From Naegleria gruberi (taxonomy: Eukaryota): a stretch of DNA of 64,000 nt. This document shows positions 10,740-23,940 of the stretch, one piece after another. The notes beneath the pieces are model-generated. The model worked only from the letters and a program-made list of their open reading frames with translations. It did not search any database and was not told where the DNA came from. The translations under genes were made by a program, and so were the position numbers. Where the stretch lies: NCBI GenBank assembly GCA_000004985.1, contig GG738846.1; one strand, written 5' to 3'. The number at the start of each line of letters is the position of its first letter. Position 1 is the first letter of the stretch.

Positions 10740-12683
10740 TTAATTGGAGAATAGAGAAGCATAATCTGCATAGTCTCTATCCTGACTACTTCCAGGCACT
10801 GTTATGGCACTTACTCTTGAGAGAAACTGTATTTCAAGATCATTTTCTTCATCTTCCATCATTCTTTTGATTTTTTCACTATTAACAGTTAATCCCAATT
10901 GTTTCAAAACATTGGAATCTCTTGCTTTCTTCCCTTCTTCTACTCTTTTGGGACTGGTAGATTTTGGAGAGTCATCAGTTGGAATGGCGTACTTGTTTCT
11001 CAAAACTTCGACAGGGACTTCAACATCCTCATCTTCTCCTGGCATATCTTCCTCAGCTGAATCTCCATCATCACCTTGACTATATCCCACCTCTGATTGT
11101 TTCATTTCTTCCTCATACATTTCATTGAGTCCATTCTTTTCCATCAATTCTTCCAGAGTCATCAAGTTATCCAATGGTGTATAATTTCTATCAGATTGCT
11201 CTTCTTCGTCTTCCTCTTCCTCGTCAATAAAACTTGATTCTTCGTCATCTGCATTTGATGGCTCTTCAGATTGTGTCACTTGACGTTCTTTAAAATTAAT
11301 GTATTGACTTCTATTTCTTATTATACTATCAAGGTCAATATCTTTTTTCTGTCTCAATTTTTCGAGTCTTGGTTCAATAAATGCTCTTTGGTCCTTTGTT
11401 GACATTACTGAAGTGCTATTGACAAGATGAGAAACTGCTCTATAGTAGAACAAGTAAGTAGTAATTACATCCATAACATCAGTAAGCATATCCTCTTGAG
11501 TTTGACTATCCAACATTTTTCCAATGAATAATTCCAAAACATCAAATATTGGATTAATGGTTTCAACCTCACATTCAATTTCTAGTTCCTGTAAATATGA
11601 CCACGTTTCCTTGCAAATGTGTATTACATCTCCTTTAGATATGGCACCTCTGAAACCCTCATCTTGTTTTTCAGAAGCCATTCTCATAAGAAGTTCTTCA
11701 ACTTTGGTTGTTAACAATCCAATTAGATCAGCAGTGGCACTAAAGCTTTGGTCAGCAGTGTCTTCAGAGATAATACTCTCTGTGTCTTTCTCAGAACTAA
11801 TCATTGCTCTGACTGATGTAGCGACAGATCCACCATCACTAAATGGTAATGTTCTAGAAAGACTTGAGGATGATTTGTTGAATCCAACATTTTCAATCTT
11901 CTTTGGAGATTTGAGCTTTTCAATTTCGTTTTCTTCCTTCTTTCTTATTTGACTCAAAAAATCCAAACATTCCATTCTGGAGGAGTTTGTAGTAATGAAT
12001 TTCATTTCTTTCAATACCACCAAAAGAAATTCCAAGTTATCGGCATATATTCTCTTTAAAATGTTCATTTCTTGATCTATGAGAGGTTCCATATCATTTG
12101 ATTGGTCCTCATTATCAGTAGTATTTAAATCATGTTTGATTGAAGTCTTCTTTGGAGTTAGGTTACTTTCCTCCAATTCTTCTTGTTCGAGCCTCTTAAG
12201 AATACCATCTGCAATTCTCAACTCTTGTTGTAACTGTTTTGTTGTTTTTCTATCATCTCTTATTGAAGAGGATGCTGGTGAAGGATTTTGTATTCTTCTC
12301 ATCTCATCCCTTAACTCTGTAAGGTTAGATTGTATTAGTCCGATCTTAGCTTCCATTCTTGTGAGTTTGCTTTCCCTGAGTAATTCCTTTGAACTTTCAT
12401 TATCTATTTTATCCATAGGATCTTCATTATATGATAATTCACTTCCTTGATCTAATTGGTATAACTCATCATCATCAAAAAATAATCCCTGATTTGGTTT
12501 TGTATACTTTCTCAATCGTCTTTGCAATTCTGCCTCATAGGAAACTTCTGAAGGAGTTGAACTTGTCGAACGAGCATCACCTTCATTTTGAAGATATGAT
12601 GACTTCCAAGCTCCTGCAGCAGCAGCCATAGTGGATGATGAAGATGAACTCTTTCTTGATTGAGGCTTTTTGTGTTGGTACAT
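10740..12683 (-). CDS. Hypothetical acidic coiled-coil protein, 647 aa
   Basis: Long ORF with heptad-like charged segments (LTELRDEMRRIQ..., LKRLEQEELEE...) and a highly acidic C-terminal tract (DDEESSFIDEEEEDEEEQSD). Ends 51 bp upstream of the helicase ATG. No recognisable family. Confidence 0.4.
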   Translation of the reverse strand: MYQHKKPQSRKSSSSSSTMAAAAGAWKSSYLQNEGDARSTSSTPSEVSYEAELQRRLRKYTKPNQGLFFDDDELYQLDQGSELSYNEDPMDKIDNESSKELLRESKLTRMEAKIGLIQSNLTELRDEMRRIQNPSPASSSIRDDRKTTKQLQQELRIADGILKRLEQEELEESNLTPKKTSIKHDLNTTDNEDQSNDMEPLIDQEMNILKRIYADNLEFLLVVLKEMKFITTNSSRMECLDFLSQIRKKEENEIEKLKSPKKIENVGFNKSSSSLSRTLPFSDGGSVATSVRAMISSEKDTESIISEDTADQSFSATADLIGLLTTKVEELLMRMASEKQDEGFRGAISKGDVIHICKETWSYLQELEIECEVETINPIFDVLELFIGKMLDSQTQEDMLTDVMDVITTYLFYYRAVSHLVNSTSVMSTKDQRAFIEPRLEKLRQKKDIDLDSIIRNRSQYINFKERQVTQSEEPSNADDEESSFIDEEEEDEEEQSDRNYTPLDNLMTLEELMEKNGLNEMYEEEMKQSEVGYSQGDDGDSAEEDMPGEDEDVEVPVEVLRNKYAIPTDDSPKSTSPKRVEEGKKARDSNVLKQLGLTVNSEKIKRMMEDEENDLEIQFLSRVSAITVPGSSQDRDYADYASLFSN

Positions 12684-13075
12684 TTTTTTCTATGAATTTT
12701 TTTGGCAATATTAAAGCGCCAAAATCGTAGTTGTATTTTGAAAAAAAATATTAACACCTTCACTGCCTCGTTGTATTCATTATTAATTTTCTTCCTTCAA
12801 GTTAATGTAATTCTCCTTCTTCGGAAGAAGTGAATTCAAAACAATATTTATTATTTTATTAAGGGTTGAGTCAATGACAATGTATTGAGAAAAATTATGA
12901 GATAAAGAATATTTACAAAAATTGTTGAAAAAGAAGGGATAAAACAGCTTTGGATTCAGAAAAACATTGTTTTTTATTTTCAGATTGGTGGCCCTTAGTG
13001 TGAAATCAAAAAAAGCAACCGCAGCTTTCGGCAAATTAGCTTTCAAAATATCAATAAAAAAATAATCGAAACTAA

Positions 13076-14597
13076 ATGAAAGGACAAAACCGTTACAAAA
13101 CAAGACTTTTCACAAAAGGTGCCAATGGTGATGGAAATATTGGATTCCCTTCCGATATATCTTCAACAATAGAATTTAAAGAAGTGACACTAATTCAAAA
13201 TCACACTTTAGAAGAAAGTAAACAAATATTAGAAATGATCGAACATATTGCTTCTGGAAGATCCAGTATCATATTTTCCAGTACGTGCTTCTTTTAAAGT
13301 ATTTAGACCAATTATTTAAATTATATATTAACTATATACAGCCAGAAATAATAGAGTATTCGTTTGTGGTTTAAATAACTATAATCAAGTGGGTGTAGCC
13401 AATACAGAATCTATTTTCCTATTCAAATCAATCGAACATTTACTTGTTGATCAATTAGAAAGAGCTAGAGTTATGGAAGAAATGGAATTGACTCAAGCAT
13501 TGAAATTGACTAATTGCAGTTCTCACACTGAGAGCTTTCTGAGGGAGAGACTTTACAAAAAGTTTGAAAAGGTGAAATCGATTGATTTTGTAGAGATGGG
13601 ATGGTTTCACTCGATTGTTGTGATTAATAAGGTTTGTTATATATTGAATTGAATTGTTTTTATGAATGATGGAAAGAATATTGTGATGGGAAGTGGACAC
13701 AGTTATTTTGGACAATTGTATGATCATGGATTTAGTGAAATGCATCAGTATTTAAGGGTGGTTCCATATGATTATGTGTCCGTCATTAATGAGATAGAAG
13801 ATAGTGGAAAATTGATTGACCCATTTAGGCAGGACAAGATTACACATCTATCGTGTGGAACATTTTCTACAACCATTGTAATGAATGATACCAAAGTTTA
13901 TTCATGTGGTGAGATTACACCATTCAAGAAGGAATTGTCATTTGAATTGGACATACAACCCTTTCTGGGAAATGACAAGATATTACAAGTGTTCCATTTG
14001 GATACTGGTATTGCATTTTACACAAGCAGTGAATGTTTCATAATGTTAGAGAAACCAGATATTTACACACGAATTGAAAATGTGGCAAAACTGGTTGGTG
14101 GACACCTCAGTAATGATACTTATTATGTCCTTAAGGATTCTCCTAATACTTTGAGAAGATGGGTTTCCACTCCATCAACGGACGAACCATTAAGTTATTC
14201 TCTCTCAAATATTCCTTCCCCTTTTCATTTTGTTCCAGGGTATTACCACATATTATGTATCTCACAAGGAAAGTATATCTATACGGATGCCAGTTTTTTG
14301 GATGAAGGTGTTGGTGTTGTAGATGAGGAGGAGGACTTTGAATTGACTCTATCGACATTAGTTGGGCCAAAGTCTCAAATTGGAGACAAGGATACCAAGC
14401 TCTTAACAAGACTCCTATTGAAAGAGGGCTATTGTGTTAAGAAAATATCTTCTGGCTCTGATTTTTCATTCGTTCTGGTGTATCACGAGTCTTCAAAGGA
14501 ACAAGAGGAAATGAAAAACAAGCTCCATAACCAATCTTCGAGAAGAAATTCTTTCATTGATATGTCAATAGTTTGTCTAGATTTTCAACTTTATTAA
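13076..14597 (+). CDS. RCC1-like repeat (beta-propeller) protein, >=3 exons: join(13076..13280,13342..13631,13677..14597)
   Basis: RCC1-type motifs GSGHSYFGQLYD, VFVCGLNNYNQVG, YSCGEITPF. Intron 1 is GTACGT..tatacag (13281..13341, phase 1). Intron 2 is GTTTGT..ggaaag (13632..13676, 45 bp, phase 0). The 5' start is uncertain and more upstream exons are possible. Confidence 0.5.
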
Positions 14598-14643
14598 TTT
14601 CGGTAGCATGCTCATAAAAGGTATTGCACCAATTCAAATTTTA

Positions 14644-17600
14644 TTAAACCCATGTATTAAATGAATTATTGATTGTTCCATACGAAAGATCATCAAGATC
14701 AGCAAAGCCTTCTGTTTCTGTTGGATTTTCAGAAGAGCTTGGTTCTGAAGAAATCTTTTCGAATAAATCAGCAATTGTTCTTTCCCTGTCAGCATTAGTT
14801 TCATTGTAATAAACAAATTTACCAAACTTGTTCTTTCTTCTGTATCTTCTCCACAACCAGGCAATGACACCAACTGCAAAGAAAGCACCAATGAGTCCAA
14901 CCAAAAACAATGGAATTCCCAAGGCAATAGCAAGAACATCCAATGGCTCTGTTCTAATATTGGCAAGCAATGGAGTTGTCTTTTCAGCAACATCATACAA
15001 AGCAAATGAAGTGAGCGAATCAATTTGTGTTGTTGTAAGATTTTTACAGTTAAAAGCTTGACCAACAGACATTGTGTAATTAGTAAAATCATTCAATGTT
15101 GTCTTGTATGTAGCATCGCAAACTGTTCCCATAACATCGTGAACCAATTTAACAGTGTATTTTTGATCAGCATAGGTTAATCTGAATTCATAGGTTTCTC
15201 CAAGATCATACGTGCAAGGATCTGAAATTTCTGTATCATTGACATGAATTCTACGACCAGTTGCATCATAGCTTAATGATATAAAAAGATGATCAACCTT
15301 AGTGAACCAAACTTCAAACAAATTACCAGAAGTAAATTTGCTTGGAAGGATAATCTTGAAACTAATGATTTTGGAAATATCAAACTTCTTTGAAGATGAT
15401 ACATATTGTCTCAAAACTGGCATTTCAGAACATAATGAAGAATTAATAGTTGGTTTGAAAACCATTGCACTGCCATCTCTACTTTTAGGTAAATCAATCT
15501 TTGTAATGAGAGGAATACCAGCAGCTTGTGGTAACGCAGCAACAGTTTCAACATCTACACTAGTGGTACTAGTTGAGAAAATGCTGGAGGCGCTTTCTTC
15601 TTGAACAGATGGACTGACATATCTGAATCTTGTTTGAGTGGTTGAACTATAAACTCCACTCTCAATGGAAAGTTGAAGATCCAAAAGTACAGTTTCAATA
15701 TTGAGTTGAGGCATCTTGAATTTAATGCTTGATGAGGACACTTTTTGTGCATCAACATTAACATCAATGGATTCATCCTTATTTGATAATTTAACAAAAG
15801 CTGTATGTTCTGGAACGAAAACATCATTGATAACAATGTCATTACCAATATAACCCAAAACTGGACTCACATTATTGATACGATTGGAATAAACTGTGAA
15901 TTGGTTACCAGTATAGGGAACTTCAAGGAGAGGTTCTGCTGATGAAGATTTAAAGTCAACAATTTCAACCTTTGCATTCACTTGGAATGAATTCAAATCA
16001 GCTAATTGAGATGGCAAATTCTTCATTTCCTTAGTATTGACTTGATAAACACCATTGGTTGATGTCTTTTGAATGGAAAGTCTTTGAGTAAATACATTAT
16101 CAACACTGAAAATTAAATAAATTCCCAAAGTTGGTTTAAACGAAACATCAAGATTTCCTTCAAATGTAATTGTTGTACCACCTGAAACTGGTAAATAAAG
16201 CTTTGAGAATTTCTTAATATCAACACTGTATACAGGTGTTGTTTCAGCAACGAATGAGAAGGAAGATTCTGTGGAAGCAATCATTTTAGAAACACCTTGG
16301 AATGGATCCACTGTTGAAATACGTGTTAGCTCAACTGAAATGGATGTTGAATCTTCAGTGTTTGTCAATGTAATCTTATTGTTTTGAGTATCGATAATCA
16401 AATTTTCGACATTGGAAACTGAAAAGTCACCATCAGTATCAAGAGAAATAAAAGTAACATTTTCGGCTTTCAAACTTGGAATGACACCAACAATTTCAGT
16501 ACCATTTGTTCCTACATTGATCAAGAATTGTTCCTTAGTATCTGTATTTGCAACAGCCATAGAGAAAACAGTATTTTCAGTGAATGGAATGTTGACTGTT
16601 TCAATTGGGGTTGTGATGGTAGTTGATGTTAATGGAATAGTTGCCATGACATTCTTTCCATTATTATCTTCTACAATGAATGAATAGGTACTGGTATTGG
16701 TAATCGGATCAAATACAATATTACCTCCCAACAAGAACTTGGTATTAGTATTAATGGTTCCCAAATTATTAACAAGTTTTGCAGAATTAGAATCAAAGTC
16801 TAAAGAATAGAGCTGAGCTTGATTGGATATAGTTTCTGATGTAATGGCAAAGCTTTGATCTTCCTTATTGAATAATACTTTAGATTGTCCCAATGTTAAT
16901 CCACTTGTTGGTTGTTGATTTGTATCAAGAGTGGTTAACGTTTTCACAGTGGCATTGAATGAATTTTCTTGTAAACTAATTAAAGCAAAAACTAAACTAT
17001 CCTTTTGTTGCTTGTGAAGTGAAGGATCGAAACTCATAATCATAACTCCATTTGGACTCTTGGTAGTGGTAACCAATTCTTGAAGGGTTTGATTTTCAGG
17101 AATAACAACCTTATCCAACAATACTTGTGATTGCATGACAATAGTTTTACCACATTTAGCATCTACAAGAACCATTTCATAGACAAGTTGTTCATCAGTT
17201 ACAGTTGGACCAAAAGCTCTTGCAAATGAACCACTACATTGATCAGCAAATGTTGAGTATTGACATTTAGATCCTGTATGACCAGGATTACATTTACATG
17301 TATCAGGAGAAATACAAATACCATTACTACAGTTAACACTTCCAAAACAGAGTGGAAGTTCACATTGGAGTCCAACATAATTCTCACTGCATGAACAAGA
17401 ATTATTCGAAATGCAATTACCATTACCAGAACAAGCTAGTGAACTGTTTTGAGAAATTCCAAAACAGAAAATCTTTGGAGGTTCTTGACTTGGACTACTG
17501 TTATTATTATTGTTATTATTACTATTGGTATTGGAATTGTTTGTAGAATTATTGGAAGAGGAGGTATTTGTGGACTTGTAAGATTGAGTTATGGTTTGAA

Positions 17601-18742
17601 CAATGTTATTGATAACACTCATTTGAGATGTAATTGTTTGTTGGGTTGTATTACTTGTTAATAATTCAAAGAAAACGAGTTCACCAGTAAATGGATATGG
17701 ATTAGGAAGGTCATTGGTTCTACCAATCAAAATGTTATCAGAGTTTGGAATGGAAGATGTGTTATCTTGATAAACTACCTTACTATCCATGACAACTACC
17801 AAACCTGGATCAGTAAATTCAACTAAAAGTGATACTGGTTTGCTTTGCAATGAACTATTTGAATAGATAACCGTATTAGAACCAAGCAAAGAAAGACTAA
17901 CATTTTGAGAGTTCAAGAAGACTTTGAGACCAGTACCAATATCCAACAAGACTTGAGGATTGGAGGTTGTTGGTGTTGTGGATGGTTTGGCAACTAATGA
18001 AAGAACAAAGTTGTCAGTAAGTGGTGAAGCCAAATCCAATGAAACAAATGAATCACTGGAGAGCAATAAGGATGAGTTGGATGATGATGAGGTAGTGGTA
18101 CAGTTTTTAACAACTGCTAAACCAATCTTACAGTCACTTCCGTCCTTTGTAACAGACCAGGTGATATCTGGATTATTTGACGAATCTTGACTATTGGTGA
18201 TGCTTTGAACATTATTAATGACATTAACTAAAGTTTGATTATTGACATTATTGGTTAACAATTCGAAGAATGATAATTCACCGTTGAATGGATAAGTATT
18301 AAGTAAGTCATCAGATCTACCTATCAAGATGTTGTTAGAATTTGGAATTTGTGTTATGGCTGGATTTTGATATTTAGAATTTCCATCAACAAATACACTC
18401 AAACCTGGATCTGTGAATTGAACAACAAATGATGTGGCGTCAATATTATTTGGATTGGTTGTTGGATAAGTGCAAATAACTGTTTCAACACCATCGATAA
18501 CCAAAATGACATGTGGATATCTAATAATTACTTTGAGACCAGTACCGACATCCAATAACACTTGAGGATCAGAAGTGGTTGTTGAAGGTTTAGCAACAAC
18601 TGAAACAATAAAGCTATCAGTGAGAGGAGCGCTCAAATTCAAAGAAATGAATGACTCATTTGATAACATCAATGTAGAATTAGAAGCTGTTGCACAATTT
18701 TTAACAACTGCTTGTCCAATCTTACAGTCAGAACCATCCTTT
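14644..18742 (-). CDS. Giant adhesion-type membrane protein, C-terminal part (LamG-like modules, EGF-like repeats, beta-sandwich domains, TM helix, cytoplasmic tail)
   Basis: The frame continues the DGSDCKIGQ module directly from the upstream ORF. EGF-like Cys pattern: CSGNGNCISNNSCSCSENYVGLQCELPLCFGSVNCSNGICISPDTCKCNPGHTGSKCQ. Single TM (IALGIPLFLVGLIGAFFAVGVIAWLW) followed by a stop-transfer RRYRRKNK and a ~75-aa tail. The ORF-track N-terminus MQMLSLQHH... is out-of-frame read-through, not a real start. Confidence 0.6.
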
Positions 18743-21000
18743 AGTAATTGCCCAAACAACCTCTGTGTTGGTAGTATTTGACACCGGTGCTGGATTGCTT
18801 GGTGATGTTGAAGAGACAACATTTGCAACTGTGCTAATTACATTGGATAAAGTTTGATTGTTAACATTGTTAGTCAATAGTTCAAAGAATGATAATTCAC
18901 CATTGAAAGGATAAGCATTCAGTAAATCATCAGATCTTCCAATGAGAATATTGTCAGAATTTGGAATTTGTGAAATGACTGGGTTTTGATATTTAGAATT
19001 TCCATCAACAAATACACTCAAACCTGGGTCGGAGAATTTAACAACGAATGAGTTTGCATCAGGACTGCTTGGATTTGAGGTTGTTGGATAAGTGTAAATA
19101 ATTGTTTCAACACCATCTAGAACCAAAATAACATGTGGATATCTAATAATTACTTTGAGACCAGTACCGACATCCAATAACACTTGAGGATCAGAAGTGG
19201 TTGTTGAAGGTTTAGCAACAACTGAAACAATAAAGCTATCAGTGAGTGGAGCGCTCAAATTCAAAGAAATGAATGACTCATTTGATAACATCAATGTAGA
19301 ATTAGAACCTGTGGCACAATTTTTGACCACTGCTTGTCCAATCTTGCAGTCAGAACCATCCTTTGTAATAGCCCAAACAACCTCTGTGTTGGTAGTATTT
19401 GACACTGGTGCTGGATTGCTTGGTGATGTTGAAGAGACAACATTTGCAACTGTGCTAATTACATTGGATAAAGTTTGATTGTTAACATTGTTAGTCAATA
19501 GTTCAAAGAATGATAATTCACCATTGAAAGGATAAGCATTCAGTAAATCATCAGATCTTCCAATGAGAATATTGTCAGAATTTGGAATTTGTGANNNNNN
19601 NNNNNNNNNNNNNNNNNNNNNNNNNNNNNNNNNNNNNNNNNNNNNNNNNNNNNNNNNNNATGGATAACCATTAAGCAAGTCATCAGATCTACCAATGAGA
19701 ATACTATCAGAATTTGGAATTTGTGAAATGGCTGGATTTTGATATTTTGAATTTCCATCAACAAATAATGACAATCCAGGGTCTGTGAATTGAACAACGA
19801 AAGAGGTTGCAGCAAGATTTCTTGGATTTGAGGTTGTTGGATAAGTGTAAATAACAGTTTCCACGCCATTAACAATCAAAATAACATCAGGATATCTGAG
19901 AATGACTTTGAGATCACCAACATCCAATAAAACTTGGGTTACAGGACTAGTTGATAAAGGCTTTGCCACAACTGAAACGATAAAACTGTCAGTGAGTGGT
20001 GCACTTAAATTCAAGGAAATGAATGAATCATTGGAGAGTAACAAAGTAGAATTGGAAGCTGTTGCACAATTCTTTACCACTGCTTGTCCAATTTTACAAT
20101 CAGAACCATCTTTGGTGATTGCCCAAATAATTTCTGTATTTGTAACGTTTGATGAAGGAGTGTTAGTGGTTGTGTTTGTAGCAGTTGGGCTTGGAGTGTT
20201 GGTTGTTGAAGAAACTACACTTGATACAGTGTTGATAATGCTTGACAATGTTTGATTTGTTACATTATTTGTCAACAATTCAAAGAATGACAATTCACCA
20301 ATAAATGGATAAGCATGCAGTAAATCGTCAGATCTTCCAATCAAAATATTGTTAGAATTTGGAATTTGTGCAATGGTAGAGTTTTGATATCCCACTTGAT
20401 TATTCACGAGAACGGATAAACCAGGATCTGTGAATTGAACAATTACTGGCATTGGAGTAATAGAGTTTGGATCAGAAGGAAGAGTATATACTACATATTC
20501 CACACCATTAACAATCAAAATAACATATGGGAATCTTACAACAACCTTAAGGTCATTACCGATATCCAACAAAACTTGAGTTACAGGATTTGAAGATAAA
20601 GGCTTTACAACAACTGAAACAATAAAGCTATCAGTGAGTGGTTCATCCAAGCTCAAAGAAACAAATGATCCATTAGAAAGCAACAAGGTAGAGTTTGATG
20701 AGGTGGTACAATTTTGAACAATTGCCTGTCCAATCTTACAATTATTACCTTCTTTAGTAATAGACCACAAAACATCTGTTGGTTGTGTTGAAGCATCACT
20801 TATTGAAGGATGATATTGACTAGCAATAGCAGAAAATATAGCACTCAAATTATTGGAAGCACTTGGCAATACTGAGAATGATAACAAGTCACCACTGAAT
20901 GGATAAATAGGAGATGAAGGACTTCTTCCCACTAGGATATTACCAACATTTGAGGTGTCGAAAATGTCAGTGTTGTAAACAAGATTGGAACTCAAGAAAA
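17600..21000 (-). repeat. In-frame tandem repeat array, ~610-bp unit (one LamG-like module each), adjacent copies near-identical
   Basis: 18841..18993 is identical to 19451..19594 over at least 150 bp. The 610-bp period is also seen at ~18230 and ~20060. Outer copies are progressively more diverged. An assembly gap lies inside the array. Confidence 0.8.
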
Positions 21001-23650
21001 CTTTCAAATTTGTTCCATTCACAACCAGTGCAATAGAGAGTAGAGAATCACCATTGGAATGGGATCCAATGAGGATTTTATCATTACTGCTTGTAATCAA
21101 ATAAATGTTCGGAAGTTGAGTGACAATCATGGTATTGAAAAGTGAGACAACTACTTGTGTAATGTTATTGTAACCAGAATCTGGAAGAACTGTCACTAAA
21201 ACAGTGTATGAATTAGGCATTAAAGTGACAGAATAATTCAAGAATGAATTATTTGAGAGGTGTACAGTAGCATTGTCAACCATTTGACAATTAACAATCT
21301 TGACCTCAGATCCAATAACACAAGAACCATTCAATTTTTCAATAACCCATTCAATTGTCTTGTTGGATGGAAGGGCAATTGGTTCGGTAACACATGACTT
21401 GATGGTATATTGAGGTTCTTCTCTTTCAAGTATTAAATCACGAAGATTGAACTGTGAAGGTTGAAGCTCTGGTGCATTAGCTCCATAAAACATCATGTTA
21501 TACAAGAGATCGGAGGCTTGTTGTTCAATAACTGATTGTTCATCACAGAATTGCATTGGTTCAGTAGAAAATAATTCTGGTTCAGACATCCACCAATCAT
21601 ATTGCTCCTCCTCATCAATAGTCTCAGAGGTAGTTGTGGTAGAGTTTTGCACAGTCACACAATCATGAACATGATATTCAGCAAACAATGTTTCACCAGT
21701 TAAAATATCTTGTGTGAGTAAGCTAGTAGTCAATTGGTTAGCATCAACACCCAACATGAGACCATACAATAAATCATCAACTTCCTTTGTTTCTTTGGCT
21801 GCTTGGTCACATAAAACATATTGTTGCTCAGTAGCAGCGTCATCAGAAAGAGTCTCAAAAAGATAAACTCCTGAAATGGTCCAATCGAATTGAGGTGAGT
21901 CTAAAGTTTCTTCTACACTGGTTGTTGAGGTAGAGTTGGTTGTGTTGTTACCTTGGTTGATTGTGCATTCTTTGAGAATATATTGAATTTGTTCGATACC
22001 ACTAATTGAGGAAGTATCAACAAGATCAGTGAACAAACTTTGATAGTCAGAATTACCTAATTGCATTCTCAAAAGTGCATCATAGACTTGTTGATTATCC
22101 AATGATTCTTGATCACAAAATTCTTTCACCAAACTATCGGTACTATCACCATCATCCTCAAAAAGGAATGGACCGGTAATAAGCCAATTAAATGAATCAC
22201 CATCATCCTCTTGTGAAGCAACTTCTAATGGAGCAATTTGAGTGGTGTTTGTAACATTACTGACTATTGTTGGAACAGTGCAATCTTTGAGAACATATTC
22301 AATCTGTTCTACTGTACTAGTAATTGTGGAAATATCAACAAGTTCTGTAAACATGCTTTGATAGTCAGAATTACCCAATTGCATTCTCAAAAGTGAGTCG
22401 GCAAACTGTTGGGCATCCAAAGAAGCTTGATCACAAAATTCCTTCACCAAACCACCACCATTGCTACTACTACTCGTAGCATCATCGGCAGCGTCGAACA
22501 GATATGGACCAGTAATAAACCAATCAAATGAATCACCAACTTCTTGTGGGGAGGCAATGTCTAATGTTACAATTGGAGTGGTAGTATTGGTTGAATTGTT
22601 GACAATTGGTGTTGGTGGAACAGTACAATCTTTGAGAACATATTGAATTTGTCCAATGCCACTCAAAATTGAAGAAAGGTCAACAAGCTCAGTAAAAGAA
22701 CCCAAGTCAGAGCCTCCTAGAGCAGTTCTCAACAGTGAATCAGTAAGTTGTTGATCATCCAAAGAAGCCTGATCACAAAACTCTTTCACCTCAAAATCGC
22801 CACCACTGCTACTACTACTAGTAGCATCATCAGAGCCAAACAAATATGGTTCAATCAACCAAGCCAAAGAGCCATCATCTTGTTGAGTTGTTGCTGTTTC
22901 TGTTGTTGCTGAAACCATACCATCAACGCTAGTGGAAGCATAGCTTGTAGAGTTTGTTGCGTTTGAAGTTACATTAACAATTGGAACAGAACAATCAATA
23001 AGGGTATACTCTGGTTCTAAACCACTTATAATATCATCCAAATTAACATAACTCAACAAGTCAGATTCATAGGAGGAAGAGAATAACATTTTAAGGTACA
23101 TGTCTTCTTGTTGTTGAGCCTCCAAAGAAGCTTGATTACAGAAGGTAGTTGCTGCCTTTTCGAACAAATATCCATCTGCAATCATCCAACTGAAATCACT
23201 GGTAGAGGTAGTATCAATGGTGGTTGTACTTAAACTATCAGTGGTAGTAGTACCAGTAGTACTAGTATTAGATGTTGTTGTTGTTGTTACATTTAAAGTA
23301 GTAGTATTAGTTGTGATATTGGCAGGAATAGCAACTACTTCACATGCTGAATCCAACTTCAAGTAGTAAAATGATGTAGAGTCTATTAAGGATTGATAAT
23401 AATCAATATCTGTCTCATCCATTTGATTAACACAAGCCGTTCCATCAGAATTAACACTCATTCCTTCATCATCAAGAGCACTCCCAAGAATTAATTGTGT
23501 TAAAAAATCATCACCATCATCAGTGCCAAAAATTGAAGAAAGACTTTGTGCGTTTACCATGTTATTTTCATTAGGGGAGCCTGAAAACATTAATCCAGCT
23601 GCCCACATGACAACAAACGTTGTGAAGAGGAGAAGAAGCGATGTTTTCAT
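18743..23650 (-). CDS. Giant adhesion-type membrane protein, N-terminal part (signal peptide, 5-6 copies of a ~110-aa FCDQASLD..VLKDCTVP module, tandem LamG/ConA-like modules); it continues into 14644..18742 after a 1-nt frameshift
   Basis: Probable start at MKTSLLLLFTTFVVMWAAG (ATG 23650, signal peptide). Repeated modules VVWAITKDGSDCKIGQAVVKNC ... ILIGRSDDLLNAYPFNGELSFFELLTNNV, laminin-G-like. The frame is broken at ~18743 by one extra base relative to neighbouring repeat copies (attacTaaaggatgg versus attacaaaggatgg). A 65-N gap lies at 19595..19659. Confidence 0.6.
19595..19659. other. Assembly gap (65 N) inside the tandem repeat array
   Basis: Run of N. It is flanked by repeat-unit sequence on both sides, so copy number here is unresolved. 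Confidence 0.95.
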
Positions 23651-23940
23651 CGACTTGCTACTTCCTCCACGACGTTGAATACTACTGCTACACGACAATC
23701 GAGCTTGATTGTTCATGATGTGATGGTATTCGTGTGTTTTTTTCTTTGCTGAAGAGGCAAGATGTTGCGTGCTGTAAGCATAATCGTAAAACATGTCCTT
23801 AATAAGAACAAGGTAATCCTCAATATTTTCCGCATAGTTAATCCAAGATGGAACGTTCCAAATACGCTTGTGTCTAGAGTGTTATCTTGTCAATTAAGGC
23901 CTCATCCCTTTGTTTGTGATGATCATCAATTATTATTTGT

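Noticed and set aside
18728-18828. Apparent N-terminus MQMLSLQHHQAIQHRCQILPTQRLFGQLLK of ORF 14644..18828 as an independent start
   Set aside because: This stretch is the out-of-frame translation of the preceding repeat copy. The in-frame repeat module (…VVWAITK DGSDCKIGQ…) shows the upstream ORF simply continues here after a 1-nt indel.
19595-19659. Run of 65 N
   Set aside because: Assembly gap, not biological sequence. It is recorded only as a caveat for repeat copy number.
17600-21000. Near-identical ~610-bp direct repeats considered as a possible CRISPR array or satellite
   Set aside because: The units are long, fully coding and in frame, and each encodes a LamG-like protein module. There are no short spacer-repeat periodicities and no cas genes. 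The sequence is eukaryotic.
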